A stretch of 64,000 nucleotides of DNA from Blastocatellia bacterium (GTDB lineage Bacteria; Acidobacteriota; Blastocatellia; UBA7656), in the NCBI GenBank assembly GCA_963765495.1, contig CAVXWP010000009.1, positions 672,001-736,000 on the forward strand. Reading direction: 5' to 3'. The translations under genes were made by a program, and so were the position numbers. The notes beneath the pieces are model-generated. The model worked only from the letters and a program-made list of their open reading frames with translations, was not told where the DNA came from and did no database searches. Below are positions 10,479 through 21,929 of the stretch, in pieces; positions within the stretch are counted from its first letter, which is position 1; every line of letters begins with the position of its first letter.

Positions 10479-11234
10479 ATGAAAAATAAATTGATGGCCG
10501 TCCTTATGGTTCTGACACTCGCCGTATTGTTCGAAACCGGTTGCGCTACAAAGAAATATGTTCGCAATCGGGTATCCGAGAGAGTCGAGCCCCTGGAAAA
10601 CCGCACAACAGAGCTTGAAGAGACATCGCGCCGAAATACCCAGCAAATAGGCGATTTGCGAACCAGCATTAACGATGTAAACGCGCGCACGGACAAGGCA
10701 CAGCAGACCGCCGACCAGGCCGCATCTGCGGCTGAACAGGCAAATACCCGTGTGACCGGCGTCGAGACCAGTCTTGAGGATTTGCGTTCAAATCTGGACA
10801 AATATTCGCTTACCAACACAGCGATGGTCTTCTTCCGCCCGGGCAGTTCGCGCCTGACTCCCGAAGCAATGGCGCAACTCGACCAGTTGGCGTCGCAGAT
10901 AACCGACCGTAACGGGTTCATTCTGGAGATTGTGGGCTTTGGCGATACTTCCAGGGCTACAAACTACAATCAAAGGCTCGCGCAGTTGAGAGCCGATGCC
11001 GTACAGCGTTATCTTGCCGACAAGAATAACGTTCCTATCATGCGAATGTTTTCGCTCGGCTTTGGCGCGGCGAGACCAGTAACTGAGGCGGTCTCAGACG
11101 ACACGACTCCTACAAACAATCGCGCATTAAACCGCCGGGTAGAGATTCGGTTGCTTACAAATGAGGCCGTGCCGGGGACTCCTATGCGATCCAACTCGAC
11201 TACCGGAACCGGAACCGGCTCCACAAACGAATAA
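10479..11234 (+). CDS. OmpA-family lipoprotein with coiled-coil/Ala-zipper region
   Basis: GAGGAG RBS, lipobox-like ETGC, OmpA_C motifs YNQRLAQLRADAV and NRRVEI. Confidence 0.9.
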   Translation: MKNKLMAVLMVLTLAVLFETGCATKKYVRNRVSERVEPLENRTTELEETSRRNTQQIGDLRTSINDVNARTDKAQQTADQAASAAEQANTRVTGVETSLEDLRSNLDKYSLTNTAMVFFRPGSSRLTPEAMAQLDQLASQITDRNGFILEIVGFGDTSRATNYNQRLAQLRADAVQRYLADKNNVPIMRMFSLGFGAARPVTEAVSDDTTPTNNRALNRRVEIRLLTNEAVPGTPMRSNSTTGTGTGSTNE

Positions 11235-11276
11235 GACCGCATCACGTATAGCCACATTCCATCTCAAGCCCTCGCC

Positions 11277-11322
11277 GAAAGAAAGAGGCCATCATCATAG
11301 ATGGCCTCTTTCTTTGTCTTTT
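11277..11322 (+). terminator. Rho-independent terminator
   Basis: AAAGAAAGAGGCCATC-loop-GATGGCCTCTTTCTTT hairpin followed by a T-rich tract. Confidence 0.8.
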
Positions 11323-11401
11323 CGCCCCTCGCCTGAGTCATTAAGAGCAGTAATTGCGTCTGTTCTCTCTGAAAGATGTTAAATATTCTGGCTATGAATC
11401 A

Positions 11402-11463
11402 TTCAATCTTTCACTGTGAAATGCTATACTCCTGGGGCAACCGGGGTTAGGGACCTCGCATCT
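11402..11463 (+). promoter_or_regulatory. Sigma70 promoter plus possible ECF autoregulatory promoter
   Basis: TTCAAT-17-TATACT with extended TG (11402-11430); GGCAAC-16-GCATCT (11436-11463). Confidence 0.5.
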
Positions 11464-11477
11464 CAGCACGTGAGGCC

Positions 11478-12077
11478 ATGGCTGATACGACAGGCGTACT
11501 GATTATGACCGTGATCGCTGAACCAGGCCAGCCCGCTTCCGACCTCGAACTGGCTCGGCTTGCGGCGGCTGGTGACGCGGAAGCGTTTGAAAAATTATAC
11601 GAGTATCATTACAGGCGAGTCTATTCACTCTGCCTCAGGATGCTCGGAAACGCCACGCAGGCCGAAGACCTTACGCAGGAAGTCTTTCTGCAGGTTTACC
11701 GGAAGATAGGAGGCTTTCGTGGTGACTCGGCATTCACCACATGGCTACACCGTCTGACAGTCAATCAAGTGCTGATGCATTTCCGCAAGCGCGGGACCAA
11801 GCTCGAACAGACGAGCGAAGAGGGCGACTTCACAAATGTTATTGAAACGCCCATTCAGAGCACGCGGCGCATATCTATGGTTGATCGCCTGGCGCTGGAA
11901 AAGGCCATAGAGGAATTGCCTCCGGGATATAGAACGGTCTTCGTACTTCACGATATCGAAGGCTATGAACACCAGGAAATAGGCGCTATGCTCGACGTAA
12001 GCATAGGGACCTCGAAATCGCAACTGCACAAAGCACGAATGCGCTTGCGCGAGTTGCTTTCGAAAAAAAATGAATAG
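11478..12077 (+). CDS. ECF RNA polymerase sigma factor
   Basis: [22 protein letters not shown], region 4 [11 protein letters not shown]. Confidence 0.95.
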   Translation: MADTTGVLIMTVIAEPGQPASDLELARLAAAGDAEAFEKLYEYHYRRVYSLCLRMLGNATQAEDLTQEVFLQVYRKIGGFRGDSAFTTWLHRLTVNQVLMHFRKRGTKLEQTSEEGDFTNVIETPIQSTRRISMVDRLALEKAIEELPPGYRTVFVLHDIEGYEHQEIGAMLDVSIGTSKSQLHKARMRLRELLSKKNE

Positions 12078-12780
12078 AGATTGGTTGGAACCGATGCTTT
12101 GTAATCACTGTCAAGAACTCATATCCGATTATGTTGATGGCGCGCTGGAACTCGGCGAGCAGGTGCAGATCGAACGCCACCTGGCCGATTGCGAGCCTTG
12201 CCGCGCTGTGCGCGACGACTTTCTCCAGATTATTCACTTCAGCCGTCAACTGCCTCTGCACACGCCGTCAAGCGAGGTCTGGACTCGCATTCGCTCAGAA
12301 TTAGAGATTGAGCGACCGGCGAACCTTCTTTCTCGCGCAAGGCTGTGGACGACAAAAATCAGAGGGCTGCATTTTAACCTGTCCATACCTCAAATGGCCG
12401 CAGGAGCGATGGTGCTTGCGATACTCGTGACAGTCGCCGTCATCACTTCGCGCAACGATCTCTCCTCAATGTCAAAGACGACAACCGCCGGATTGCCATC
12501 TGCATCTACGGGGATTGAAGCCAATCTTCTGTCGAACCCTGATGTTGAAGAGATGGAACATCGTATCGACCAGCTCAAGCAGGAGGTCGAGCAGCAGAAG
12601 GTCGTATGGACCCCGGAGATTCGCGGGACATTCGAGCGCAATTTGATCTACGTAGATCAGTCGCTTATTGAATGCCGCCAGGAATTGAGCAATAATCCTA
12701 CCGACCCTGTTCGCCAGGAGATGATGCTCAACGCGTATCGCGAAAAGGTGCGCCTGCTTGAAGGGTTTACCAGATTCTGA
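12070..12780 (+). CDS. zf-HC2 anti-sigma factor
   Basis: C...HLADCEPC zinc motif, TM helix, overlaps the sigma stop codon. Confidence 0.9.
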   Translation: MNRDWLEPMLCNHCQELISDYVDGALELGEQVQIERHLADCEPCRAVRDDFLQIIHFSRQLPLHTPSSEVWTRIRSELEIERPANLLSRARLWTTKIRGLHFNLSIPQMAAGAMVLAILVTVAVITSRNDLSSMSKTTTAGLPSASTGIEANLLSNPDVEEMEHRIDQLKQEVEQQKVVWTPEIRGTFERNLIYVDQSLIECRQELSNNPTDPVRQEMMLNAYREKVRLLEGFTRF

Positions 12781-12818
12781 TCAAGCTGGATAAAAGCTTC
12801 TTTGATTAATTTGAATCG

Positions 12819-13580
12819 GTGCTCGAAATGCCAGGTCTCAAAAATAGAGGCGCAAGCCAGAAAACGCTAAGAATTCCCCTGATGCCGGCCCTTGTTGCCG
12901 GCCTCTTTGTGTTGTTTACGACCGGCGCGGCAATGGTCGCGGGGAGGTTTGAGCGAACCTACACCCCACAGGGAGCGGCCCACCTGACGATTTCAAATAT
13001 GAACGGCGACATCACTGTTACGGCCTGGGATAAAAAGACGCTCTCCGTAAGGGCGAAATCTGCTCCTGGCGTGACTATCGAAGACCAGGTGGCAGGTGAT
13101 GAAATAACGGTATCGGTAAAAAAGAATCTGCAGATCGGTCACGCCGATTTTGAAGTCTACGCGCCCCAAAACACTTCTCTTTCGCTCAAGAATGTACTTG
13201 GAAAGATCGAGGTGGAGGGAATAAACGGACACGTGAGCGTAAATTCGATTGACAGCGATATTCGCCTTATAGACATGCGCGCGGCTTCGATAGAAGTAAA
13301 AGTGACAAGCGGTGATATTCTCTTTGAGGGCGATCTGTACGAAAGCGGCTCCTACAGTCTGCAATCGGTCAAAGGCGATATAGATGTGACCTTGCCCGCC
13401 TCAACATCCTTCAATCTGGTGACCCGCGCGATGAGCGAAAATATAAACCTCGGCGGATTTCTCTCCAGCCTGCGCAGCATCAGCAAAGGCGAAAAAGGGC
13501 TGTCGGGCACTTATCTCAAAGGGGGCGCGCGTCTCAGCCTCATCACCTACGATGGCCGCATCCTGCTCCACCAAAAATAG
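12819..13580 (+). CDS. DUF4097-type beta-strand repeat (putative adhesin) protein
   Basis: Signal/TM segment, repeated NGDI/SGDI/KGDI motifs; typical downstream of ECF/anti-sigma pairs; start uncertain. Confidence 0.8.
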   Translation: MLEMPGLKNRGASQKTLRIPLMPALVAGLFVLFTTGAAMVAGRFERTYTPQGAAHLTISNMNGDITVTAWDKKTLSVRAKSAPGVTIEDQVAGDEITVSVKKNLQIGHADFEVYAPQNTSLSLKNVLGKIEVEGINGHVSVNSIDSDIRLIDMRAASIEVKVTSGDILFEGDLYESGSYSLQSVKGDIDVTLPASTSFNLVTRAMSENINLGGFLSSLRSISKGEKGLSGTYLKGGARLSLITYDGRILLHQK

Positions 13581-13832
13581 GCAGTGGCCGGTGGTCAGTA
13601 ATATTGCCAGTCCTCATTTTACAAGTTCCGCTCTAACCAGAATCTTTGCAAAACCCGTTACCGATCACCGTTTTCGGAACATTTGCTGTCCGAGCGCGTA
13701 TCTTTCGGTGGCGCTGCCAGTTGTAGAAATATTTTACAGTACATGTTATAAAAGATTTGGACGGGCTCTCATAATCGGGAAACCAGAGAAGATTTGAGGG
13801 GCGACTTGCACGAATGGAAGTAATTTAAGGGG

Positions 13833-14441
13833 ATGCACAGAAGCGAATTGAATTCCAGTCAACCGAACAACAAACCTATTAACCCTGTGAAACAGGATAA
13901 CCGCATCAATGATAAACCTCTACAGTTTGAGGCGATAGTTTCCAATCGACCTGAACGTCTCGACCTGGAAAGTATTCTGCCTTTCCTCGAAGAACGGGTC
14001 GCTTTCAAGATGCCAAGCGATCTTCAATACCTCGATGGAGTGCTCGATTATCTCAACGAACGCATGCTCAAACTTGGCATTGTCGGCCCTGACGATTCGG
14101 AAGTCGTCATAGCGTTAGACGAAGCCATAGTCAATGCCGTCAAACACGGAAACAAGGGCAACCCGCGAAAGGCCGTCCACATTGTGGCCGAATTCAACTC
14201 TCAGGGAGCGCGGTTTACAATCAAAGATGAAGGGACGGGATTTTGTAAAGACTCGGTTCCTGACCCGACCGATCCATCCCGGATACTCGAAACCAGCGGG
14301 CGCGGTCTTTTGTTGATAAATCACATAATGGATGAAGTCTGCCACAATCATTGCGGCAACGAGATTCAGATGTTCAAACGCATTACTCAATCAGCCCGAG
14401 AAGACTCGCCCGAATCCAAAAACACCGGCCAGGAAGAATAG
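13833..14441 (+). CDS. RsbW-like anti-sigma Ser/Thr kinase (HATPase_c_2)
   Basis: EAIVNAVKHGN, IKDEGTGF, SGRGLLLI motifs. Confidence 0.85.
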   Translation: MHRSELNSSQPNNKPINPVKQDNRINDKPLQFEAIVSNRPERLDLESILPFLEERVAFKMPSDLQYLDGVLDYLNERMLKLGIVGPDDSEVVIALDEAIVNAVKHGNKGNPRKAVHIVAEFNSQGARFTIKDEGTGFCKDSVPDPTDPSRILETSGRGLLLINHIMDEVCHNHCGNEIQMFKRITQSAREDSPESKNTGQEE

Positions 14442-14447
14442 AGGTCA

Positions 14448-14993
14448 TCATTTTTCAAATCCCTGCTCTCCTTCGTCGCAGCCCTGGACCAGGGGAACCA
14501 ACCGTCCACTTGCGGTCTCTTTGAAGCGCCTGACTTCAATCGGCATTATCTGAGATTGTTCATGCAATAAGTTCAGCAGAGTCGAAGCGCGAACGTTGTC
14601 GGAAATATTTCCTTTCATCGCGCGGCGGGCGCATTGCTCGCCGTATCCGTGCCTTATCAGCGTGGCGCGCAAACGGAGTTGATCTTCATCCGGCCATTTT
14701 GTAAGCGCGTCGATGAGCGCAACTTCAAAGACTACCCTATCTGCGGAACTCATACTCCTGAGCAATTTCTCATTAAGCTCTCCCCCGGCGCGCAATCGCT
14801 CTATCTCATCAAATATGCGTTGTTGCCCTGATGGCCTCAGCGCTATTAAGTATTTAAGGCTGATGCCGCGCCTCCGGCTTTTCAGTCTGGAATTATGTAA
14901 TCTATAGAAAAAGGCCAGAGCAATAAACTCTATCAGCACAGTGATGCCGATCAGGTACCAGAAGAAAGGCGCGGCGCGTAAAAAATTCATCAT
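14448..14993 (-). CDS. Hypothetical membrane-anchored helical protein
   Basis: N-terminal TM helix, 181-aa ORF. Confidence 0.55.
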   Translation of the reverse strand: MMNFLRAAPFFWYLIGITVLIEFIALAFFYRLHNSRLKSRRRGISLKYLIALRPSGQQRIFDEIERLRAGGELNEKLLRSMSSADRVVFEVALIDALTKWPDEDQLRLRATLIRHGYGEQCARRAMKGNISDNVRASTLLNLLHEQSQIMPIEVRRFKETASGRLVPLVQGCDEGEQGFEK

Positions 14994-15221
14994 TCACATT
15001 ACTACTCAATCCAGATTCCTACTAAATGGTTAAGGGCCCTCTCAAACCTGGGGCCTTTTTCCGCAATCGCTGTTCCTCAAATAGCATTCCCGGTAAAATC
15101 GTGGCTCTGCTTGACATAGCCCGCCTGAAGGGGAAAGAGAGGTAAAACACATATTTGAAAAGGGTTAAAGAAGTGTTACGTAACACGCCAACAAAGGCAT
15201 ATTTGCTCCACAGTCGCGGGC

Positions 15222-15251
15222 AAAAAAAATCCGGGGCCTTTCGCCCCGGAA
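15222..15251 (-). terminator. Rho-independent terminator of the amidohydrolase operon
   Basis: Minus strand TCCGGGGC-GAAAG-GCCCCGGA followed by T8. Confidence 0.8.
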
Positions 15252-15274
15252 TGGATTTTCACTTTGCGACCAGG

Positions 15275-16612
15275 TCAGCGTCGCGGTCTGGCCCTGTACT
15301 TTTCATATAGCTCGGTATGCCGACTCGTGAGCGGAACCTCCCGCCCGTCTATAAACAGATGTTTTACGTGTGTGAGAATTTCGAGCGGGTCGCCATCGGT
15401 CACTATGAGGTTTGCGATCTTGCCCTGCTCGATTGAGCCTATCTGATCGGCTACGCCAAATATCTGAGCCGGGTTGATGGTCAGCGCCCTGAGCGCCTCG
15501 TCTTTCGGCAGGCCGAAGGCCGAGGCCATACCGGCGTGATAAGGCAGGTCGCGGGCTTCGGCGGAATCGAGGGTCTGAAAGGCTATCTTCACTCCGGCTT
15601 TCGCAAGCAGACCGGCATTGGCAAAGGGCGCGTCATAAGGATCATCTTCATTGCCGGGCATGCGCAGCACAGGCCCAAGGATTACGGGTATATTTTTCGC
15701 CTTCAACTGATCGGCCACCCTGTAAGCCTCAAGCCCGCCCGACAAAATCATCTTGAGCTTCATCTCATCGGCAAAGGCGATGGCGTTTTTGATGTCTCGC
15801 TCTTCGTTTGCGAGGATGACCACCGGCATCTCGCCCCGCACGACCGGCACGAGCGCTTCAAGCTTCAGGTCAACATCCTGTTTGGGAAGGCTCGGGTCTT
15901 TTTTATATGCATCCATCGCGTCGCCGTAGGCTTTAGCGTCACGCAATATATCCTTCAGACTCTTGACCTGCTTATCCTGTTCGCGCCGGGCCTCGGCAAC
16001 CGATCTGCGCTGTCTGGTAAAGGAGGCGAAATCAAAGCCAAAGGCCGCTGCGCCGGGCCAGTTGATGTGCATCGCCACGGGCGATTTTACAACCATGTCT
16101 TTCACGACCCAGCCGTCTAGATTTATCAGGGCGCTGCGACCCGCGATAACTCCCCCACGCGGTTCTGAGAGCGCAGTCGTGATACCGTTCACGCGCGTAA
16201 CGGCTATGTGTGAACTGTCCGGGTGAATCGCCACATCTACGTGTATGTTGGCGTTGTTGTCGCCGATCTCGCTTGTGTCTATAGAGCCCGCGACCGATTC
16301 TATCTCCATCAGCCCGATCACCGATCCCGAATCAATCAACCCGGGATAGACCGACAGCCCCGACGCGTCAATGATCTTTGCTCCCGAAGGGACTGAAACA
16401 TTTGCCCCGACCGCCGCTATCTTTCCGTCGGCTACGACTATGGTTCCATTCTCAATGACGGGGCCTGTAACCGTCACGATCCGAGCGTTTCTTATGGCAT
16501 AAGTCTCAGCAGGCGCTTGCGCCAAAACAGACTGCTGATCAAACCCGATAAGGCTGCCCGCGCAGGCAATGATCAGCGCCAGGACGACAAAACATATTCG
16601 ATTCCTTTTCAT
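15275..16612 (-). CDS. Secreted amidohydrolase-family protein (HxH motif degenerate)
   Basis: [21 protein letters not shown]; signal peptide. Confidence 0.85.
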   Translation of the reverse strand: MKRNRICFVVLALIIACAGSLIGFDQQSVLAQAPAETYAIRNARIVTVTGPVIENGTIVVADGKIAAVGANVSVPSGAKIIDASGLSVYPGLIDSGSVIGLMEIESVAGSIDTSEIGDNNANIHVDVAIHPDSSHIAVTRVNGITTALSEPRGGVIAGRSALINLDGWVVKDMVVKSPVAMHINWPGAAAFGFDFASFTRQRRSVAEARREQDKQVKSLKDILRDAKAYGDAMDAYKKDPSLPKQDVDLKLEALVPVVRGEMPVVILANEERDIKNAIAFADEMKLKMILSGGLEAYRVADQLKAKNIPVILGPVLRMPGNEDDPYDAPFANAGLLAKAGVKIAFQTLDSAEARDLPYHAGMASAFGLPKDEALRALTINPAQIFGVADQIGSIEQGKIANLIVTDGDPLEILTHVKHLFIDGREVPLTSRHTELYEKYRARPRR

Positions 16613-16635
16613 CTTCTGTACCTCGATATTTGATG

Positions 16636-18057
16636 CTACTGGTTTTGCGATTCAGCCGGTCGAAGCGCCGGCTCATCCTTTTCGTCCTTGGACGGAGACT
16701 TGTCGTTGCCCTTTCGCTCTGCCTTCTCGCGTTTGATCAGGTCTTCCTTTTCGCGTTTGAGCGCCTCGCGATCTTTGAGGTCCTGCTGCCGGTCGAAATA
16801 GACTTCGCCCTCGATGATTGTCATCTCAGGCACCGTGTAGATCGAAAAAGGATGCTGGCTGAAGATTGCAAGGTCGCCATCCTTGCCTACATCGATTGAG
16901 CCTACATGCTTGTCGATGCCGAGTTGTATGGCCGGGTTGAGCGTTATCATTCGGAGCGCCTCTTCTTCGCTTGCGCCGCCGTATTTGATCGCCTTCGCCG
17001 CGTCGAGGTAGAGACGGCGCGCGCGCTCATCCGAGTCCGAGTTTATCGAAACGACAACGCCGCGCTCGGCCATCAGAGCGGCGTTGTAGGGAATGGCATC
17101 ATACGCCTCCATCTTGTATCCCCAGAAATCGGCAAAGGTCGAGCCGCCGGTCTTGTGCGCGGCTATCTCGTCGGCAATCTTATAGCCTTCGAGTACGTGC
17201 TGGAGCGTCTGCACGTGAAAGCCCAGTTCGTCGCCTAAATTGAGCAGCATCATGATTTCATCCGCGCGATAGCAGTGCGAATGAATAAACCGTTTGCCCT
17301 GAAGAACCTCGACCAGCGCATCCAGCTGAAGATCGCGTCTGGGTGGAATCGCGTTTTTGTCTTTGCCCTTTTTCGCTTCGTATTCCTGCCATTCGCGCAT
17401 GTAATCTTTTGCGCGCACGAAGGCATCGCGAATCGTCTCTTCCACGCCCATACGAGTCGCGGGATAACGGGGAGGACGCCCGGGCGTTTGAAAATTAGAG
17501 CGCTTCGGGTTTTCGCCGAGAGCGAACTTGATGCCCTGCGGCGCATCGGGTATGAACCACTCATCAACCGGCTTGTTTAGTTTGAGTTTTACAACGGCAT
17601 TCTGGCCGCCGATTGCATTGGCCGAGCCGTGAAGAACGTTGACCGTCGTGAGCCCGCCCGCAAGCTGACGATAGATGTCCGGATCGTAAGGATTGATCAC
17701 GTCGCGTATTCGCACCATCGAAGTGACCGAAAGCGACCCTTCATTTACGCTCCCATCGACGGCCGTGTGCGAGTGACAGTCTACGATGCCCGGTATGACG
17801 TATTTGCCCGTAGCGTCAATCACACGAGCATTGGGATCGCTCGCCTTTACATCAGTACCGACGGCGGCTATCAGACCGTCGCGGATCAGTATCGAGCCGT
17901 TTTTGATCGTGCCGTGCGAGGCTGTCATGATCGTCGCGTTGCGGATCAGCATCTCGCGCGAAGTGGAAGCGGGGGCGCGCCCGCTGCCCTGTCCAAAGAC
18001 GGATGCGGCCATCGAGAGGGCCAGGACTATCGAAATGATTGCGTTAGCCTTTTTCAT
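16636..18057 (-). CDS. Secreted amidohydrolase-family protein (metal ligands intact)
   Basis: [29 protein letters not shown]; start MKKANA. Confidence 0.9.
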   Translation of the reverse strand: MKKANAIISIVLALSMAASVFGQGSGRAPASTSREMLIRNATIMTASHGTIKNGSILIRDGLIAAVGTDVKASDPNARVIDATGKYVIPGIVDCHSHTAVDGSVNEGSLSVTSMVRIRDVINPYDPDIYRQLAGGLTTVNVLHGSANAIGGQNAVVKLKLNKPVDEWFIPDAPQGIKFALGENPKRSNFQTPGRPPRYPATRMGVEETIRDAFVRAKDYMREWQEYEAKKGKDKNAIPPRRDLQLDALVEVLQGKRFIHSHCYRADEIMMLLNLGDELGFHVQTLQHVLEGYKIADEIAAHKTGGSTFADFWGYKMEAYDAIPYNAALMAERGVVVSINSDSDERARRLYLDAAKAIKYGGASEEEALRMITLNPAIQLGIDKHVGSIDVGKDGDLAIFSQHPFSIYTVPEMTIIEGEVYFDRQQDLKDREALKREKEDLIKREKAERKGNDKSPSKDEKDEPALRPAESQNQ

Positions 18058-18108
18058 CTTGCTCCCCCTAGGATTTGAGACCTCAAGTCTCAAATCTCAA
18101 ATCTCAGA

Positions 18109-19842
18109 TCATCTGGGTCTGTTTCCAGTGAAATTAAATGTGCCGAGCGAGGTCAGCGCAAACGAGCCTCGCATGCTGTTGCCTTCGATTGTGCCGCTGA
18201 CGACCGCCTCCATTGTGTCTGCGCCCATCGTGACGTGCGTGGTGAATCGAAGCTGATCGCCTTCGAGCGTAGCGTTTTCAATAGTGCTCTCACCCGCCGG
18301 CCCGTTCAGCCTTCCGGTTATGTCATCGCCCTGCCGACTGAGGCTGAGTTGCATTCGGAGATCACCACGCGGAGAGGCTACGATCAACTCCCAGTTGCCC
18401 GAGGGGTTCACAGTCGCAGGGCTCGCGCCCGGCTTTTCTCCTGCTCTTTCTCCAGGTCTTGCCCCCGGTGACTTCGCTTCCGGCTTTTTCAATTCGACTT
18501 CGTTGCCGTCGATAAAGACGTGCTCGATCTTTGTGTCCTTAGCCAGCAAATCACCTTTCGTGATCACAAGGTTGGCTATCTTTCCAACCTCTACGGTTCC
18601 CAGTTGATCACCCGCGCCCAGTATCTCTGCCGCGTTTATCGTGAGCGCCTGCAAGGCAGCCTCTTTTGAAAGCCCGCTGTCGACCGCCTTTTGAATATTT
18701 ATCAGAAAATCACGCGGCTTGAGCGCGCCCGATGCAAAGGCGAATTTCACCTTCGCCTGAGCGAGCTTTGCCGCTCCCTTCGGAGTCTCGGCCCGCTCGC
18801 GAAGGACGCGCAGAGGCTCGTCTTCATCCTCGGGCAGATCGGCCGCCCGCTTCGGGAAATCTACTGAGAGAATCACAGGCACATTCTGAGCTTTCAGCAT
18901 ATCGGCCACGCGATAACCGAAAAGCGCGCCCTCGATAATAGGTTTGAGTTTGAACTCGTTTGCGATCATCAAGGCGCGGCGGATGTCACCATCGCTGTTT
19001 GCGATAAACAAGACGGGCAGATCGCCTTTGAGCGCAGGCTGGAGAGCTTCCAGCTTTTTGTCGTATTCAGGGCGAGGCACGCCGCGCTTTGCGCGATTGT
19101 AACGCTCTACCTCGTCGCGATAATGCAGGGCGTCATAAAACGACTGGCGAATGAAGGCGACCGTTCCCATAAGGGAATTCGGGTAACCGCTCAGAAAGCC
19201 TCCGCCGGTTGAAAACTGCACAGTGAGTGCCACGGGGGCGCGCACGACAAGCTTTGAAGTATCGTCGCCTGCCAGATTTATCAGCGCGCTTTGACCCGCG
19301 AATATTCCCTGCCGCGAATTGGTAAGCGCAGTCGTTATTCCAGCCGAGCGCGCGTCTTCAATGGCCGTACCACCCGCCTTTATCATATCGGCCGCCGCTT
19401 CCGAAGGATCGCCCTGCTTCTGGTCCTGTCTCTCTTCGGCACTTGCCTGCGAAGCCTGCGATGCCTGCGCGCCTCTTCCCTGCCCTGCGGCTGGCGCAGC
19501 CGGGGGCATTCCCAGATCGGTGTAGGCGTCAATCAAACCGGGATAGACCGTAAGCCCCGCTCCTTCGATCACTCTTGCATCGGCCGGTATCTTTACCTTA
19601 TCGCCCACTTCCGTGATCAGACCGTCGCGGATGACTACCGTGCCTTTTGCTATGGTCTTGCCGTTGCCCGCTACTATTTGCGCGTCCTTGATCGCGTAAA
19701 CGTCGGGGGCGTCGAGGCGCGCGGTCGGAGCCTTTATCAGCAGAGCAAGGCTTGCCGACATCATAAAGGCAAGCGCGATGACTCTCGGTTTGAGCCGGGC
19801 GCGTGACGCAATGCGGGCGCTACAGCGTTTCAGTTCTGCCAT
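18109..19842 (-). CDS. Secreted amidohydrolase-family protein (HxH degenerate) with extra C-terminal beta domain
   Basis: VYPGLIDAYT, GTVEVGKIANL; C-terminal SGNWEL...FTGNR domain. Confidence 0.85.
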   Translation of the reverse strand: MAELKRCSARIASRARLKPRVIALAFMMSASLALLIKAPTARLDAPDVYAIKDAQIVAGNGKTIAKGTVVIRDGLITEVGDKVKIPADARVIEGAGLTVYPGLIDAYTDLGMPPAAPAAGQGRGAQASQASQASAEERQDQKQGDPSEAAADMIKAGGTAIEDARSAGITTALTNSRQGIFAGQSALINLAGDDTSKLVVRAPVALTVQFSTGGGFLSGYPNSLMGTVAFIRQSFYDALHYRDEVERYNRAKRGVPRPEYDKKLEALQPALKGDLPVLFIANSDGDIRRALMIANEFKLKPIIEGALFGYRVADMLKAQNVPVILSVDFPKRAADLPEDEDEPLRVLRERAETPKGAAKLAQAKVKFAFASGALKPRDFLINIQKAVDSGLSKEAALQALTINAAEILGAGDQLGTVEVGKIANLVITKGDLLAKDTKIEHVFIDGNEVELKKPEAKSPGARPGERAGEKPGASPATVNPSGNWELIVASPRGDLRMQLSLSRQGDDITGRLNGPAGESTIENATLEGDQLRFTTHVTMGADTMEAVVSGTIEGNSMRGSFALTSLGTFNFTGNRPR

Positions 19843-20083
19843 GCTTTGATCTCCTGCATCAGCTTTTGCATCGAATTGAAGAGTTTAATAACTATATTTG
19901 CGCCGGTGGATTTGATTGGATACCGGCGTCCACTGTGGCGACCGTTAATCTATAGCAAAGAACCTCTCTGTGCAAGCTGACACGCATCTCAGAAGGCGCA
20001 CCCATTGCAGCGGCTGAGGTGTACAACCCCGAGAGTCAGATGGTAATCTGATTGTCTGTTTAATAAATTTGGGAGCAATCTCG

Positions 20084-20398
20084 ATGGCAGGCGATCAATT
20101 CGAAAAGGATTTCGGATATTTAATGCCCTTTCTCGATAAGGTGGCCGAGGCTGCAAACTCGATTCAGGATCAGGCCGCTCGTGAGGAATTCATCAGGCTC
20201 GTCGGCGGCGAAAAGGCACGATGGACGCGCATCAGACAACTCTTATCCGGCGCGCCCGCAAGCCCAAAGGCTTTACCCTCGCAGCCGTTATCCGAAAGTA
20301 AAAACGAACCGGCAGCCCCGTCCCGCTCAAATGATGAGGCAAAACCCAGACCCGTTTTGCGCTTCACCGTAGGCAGTCTGAAGCCACGCAGTCGTTGA
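20084..20398 (+). CDS. Small hypothetical protein
   Basis: GGAG RBS, MAGDQFEKDFGYLMPFLDK helical N-terminus, FTVGSL C-terminus. Confidence 0.65.
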   Translation: MAGDQFEKDFGYLMPFLDKVAEAANSIQDQAAREEFIRLVGGEKARWTRIRQLLSGAPASPKALPSQPLSESKNEPAAPSRSNDEAKPRPVLRFTVGSLKPRSR

Positions 20399-20431
20399 TG
20401 ATCGCTCCCGGGAAGAGTCAGGAACCCGAAC

Positions 20432-21832
20432 ATGTCAGAGGCCGTTCAGTTGCCAGCCATAAAAGGCAAGCCGGTTATCGGAAATCTGCTTGAGTTCCGC
20501 CGCGACCCGCTAAGTTTTCAACTCCGTGTCGCTCAGAGCCACGGCGATGTGGTCCATTTCAAACTTGGCCCGCGAGATATTTATCTCGTCAATAACCCCG
20601 AATATATAAAAGATATTCTCGTCACAAACCACCGCAATTTTATAAAGAGCCGGGGGCTTCAGATGGCCAAGCGCTTCCTCGGCGAAGGCTTGCTTACAAG
20701 CGAAAGAGAGTTTCATCGACGCCAGCGCAGACTCGCCCAGCCTGCTTTTCACCGCCAGCGCATTCAGTCCTACGGCGATGCGATGGTCCATTACGCCGTA
20801 GAGATGCGAGAGAGATGGCAGGACGGCGCAACGCTCGATATATGGAAAGAGATGATGCGCGTTACGCTCGCCATAGTCGGTAAGACCCTCTTTGACGCCG
20901 ATGTGGAGCGCGAAGCAAAAGACGTGGGAGAGGCGCTCGCCGATATAATGAAGCTCTTTGATCGCGTTACCATGCCGTTTCCTGAATTGATCGAAAAGCT
21001 GCCGCTCCCAAGCAATCGCCGGTTCCGCAATGCCAGAGAGAGACTCGACCGCATAATCTACGGCATCATAAACGAGCGCCGAAAAAGCGGCGAAGATCGC
21101 GGCGATCTGCTTTCGATGCTCCTGCAAGCCCAGGATATGGAAGGCGACGGCACCGGCATGACCGATCTGCAATTGCGCGATGAGGCGATGACCCTCTTTC
21201 TGGCCGGGCACGAAACCACGGCAAACGCGCTCACCTGGACATGGTATCTGTTGTCCGAGCACCCCGACATACAGGCCCGGCTCGAAGCAGAGATTGATTC
21301 GGCGCTCGAAGGCCGCAACCCCACCTCGGATGATGTGCCGCGGCTGCGATACGTAGAAAGGGTCTTTGCCGAAGCCATGCGGCTCTATCCGCCTGCCTGG
21401 TCCATTGGCCGGGCGGTGCTGGCCGATTACAGGGTAGGCGAATATCTTGTCCCCGCAGATTCGATCATAATCATGAGCCAGTGGTTAATGCATCACGACC
21501 CGCGCTATTATCCTGATCCGTTCAGATTCGATCCCGAACGATGGCTAACAGAAGCGCAGGAAGCTCGTCCGAAGTTCTCTTACTTCCCCTTCGGCGGCGG
21601 CCCGCGCGTCTGCATAGGCGAATCTTTCGCCTGGATGGAAGGCGTCTTGCTCACAGCCGCTTTTGCTCAGAAGTGGCGCATGCGATTAGCCCCCGGCCAT
21701 CCGGTAGAGACCAAACCTATGATTACTCTCCGCCCAAAATTCGGAATGAGAATGACGCTCGAACGAAGACAGGAAGCGCTTCCACACATCAAAAACCGGC
21801 AAGAGGAAAAGATACTGTCGGCGTCCACATAG
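20432..21832 (+). CDS. Cytochrome P450
   Basis: AGHETT, EAMR, PERW and heme motif [10 protein letters not shown]. Confidence 0.97.
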   Translation: MSEAVQLPAIKGKPVIGNLLEFRRDPLSFQLRVAQSHGDVVHFKLGPRDIYLVNNPEYIKDILVTNHRNFIKSRGLQMAKRFLGEGLLTSEREFHRRQRRLAQPAFHRQRIQSYGDAMVHYAVEMRERWQDGATLDIWKEMMRVTLAIVGKTLFDADVEREAKDVGEALADIMKLFDRVTMPFPELIEKLPLPSNRRFRNARERLDRIIYGIINERRKSGEDRGDLLSMLLQAQDMEGDGTGMTDLQLRDEAMTLFLAGHETTANALTWTWYLLSEHPDIQARLEAEIDSALEGRNPTSDDVPRLRYVERVFAEAMRLYPPAWSIGRAVLADYRVGEYLVPADSIIIMSQWLMHHDPRYYPDPFRFDPERWLTEAQEARPKFSYFPFGGGPRVCIGESFAWMEGVLLTAAFAQKWRMRLAPGHPVETKPMITLRPKFGMRMTLERRQEALPHIKNRQEEKILSAST

Positions 21833-21929
21833 CTCAAACGGCATCGAAATCTCAAATCTCGTATGAGCGTTGCAGAGCCTCGCCTTTTGCGCGGGAAGCC
21901 CTGCATTCGGTCTCTGTTTTAGATTGAAA

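Noticed and set aside
20084-20398. P450-RiPP precursor
   Set aside because: Length and sequence do not fit known precursors; no dedicated peptidase or exporter is adjacent
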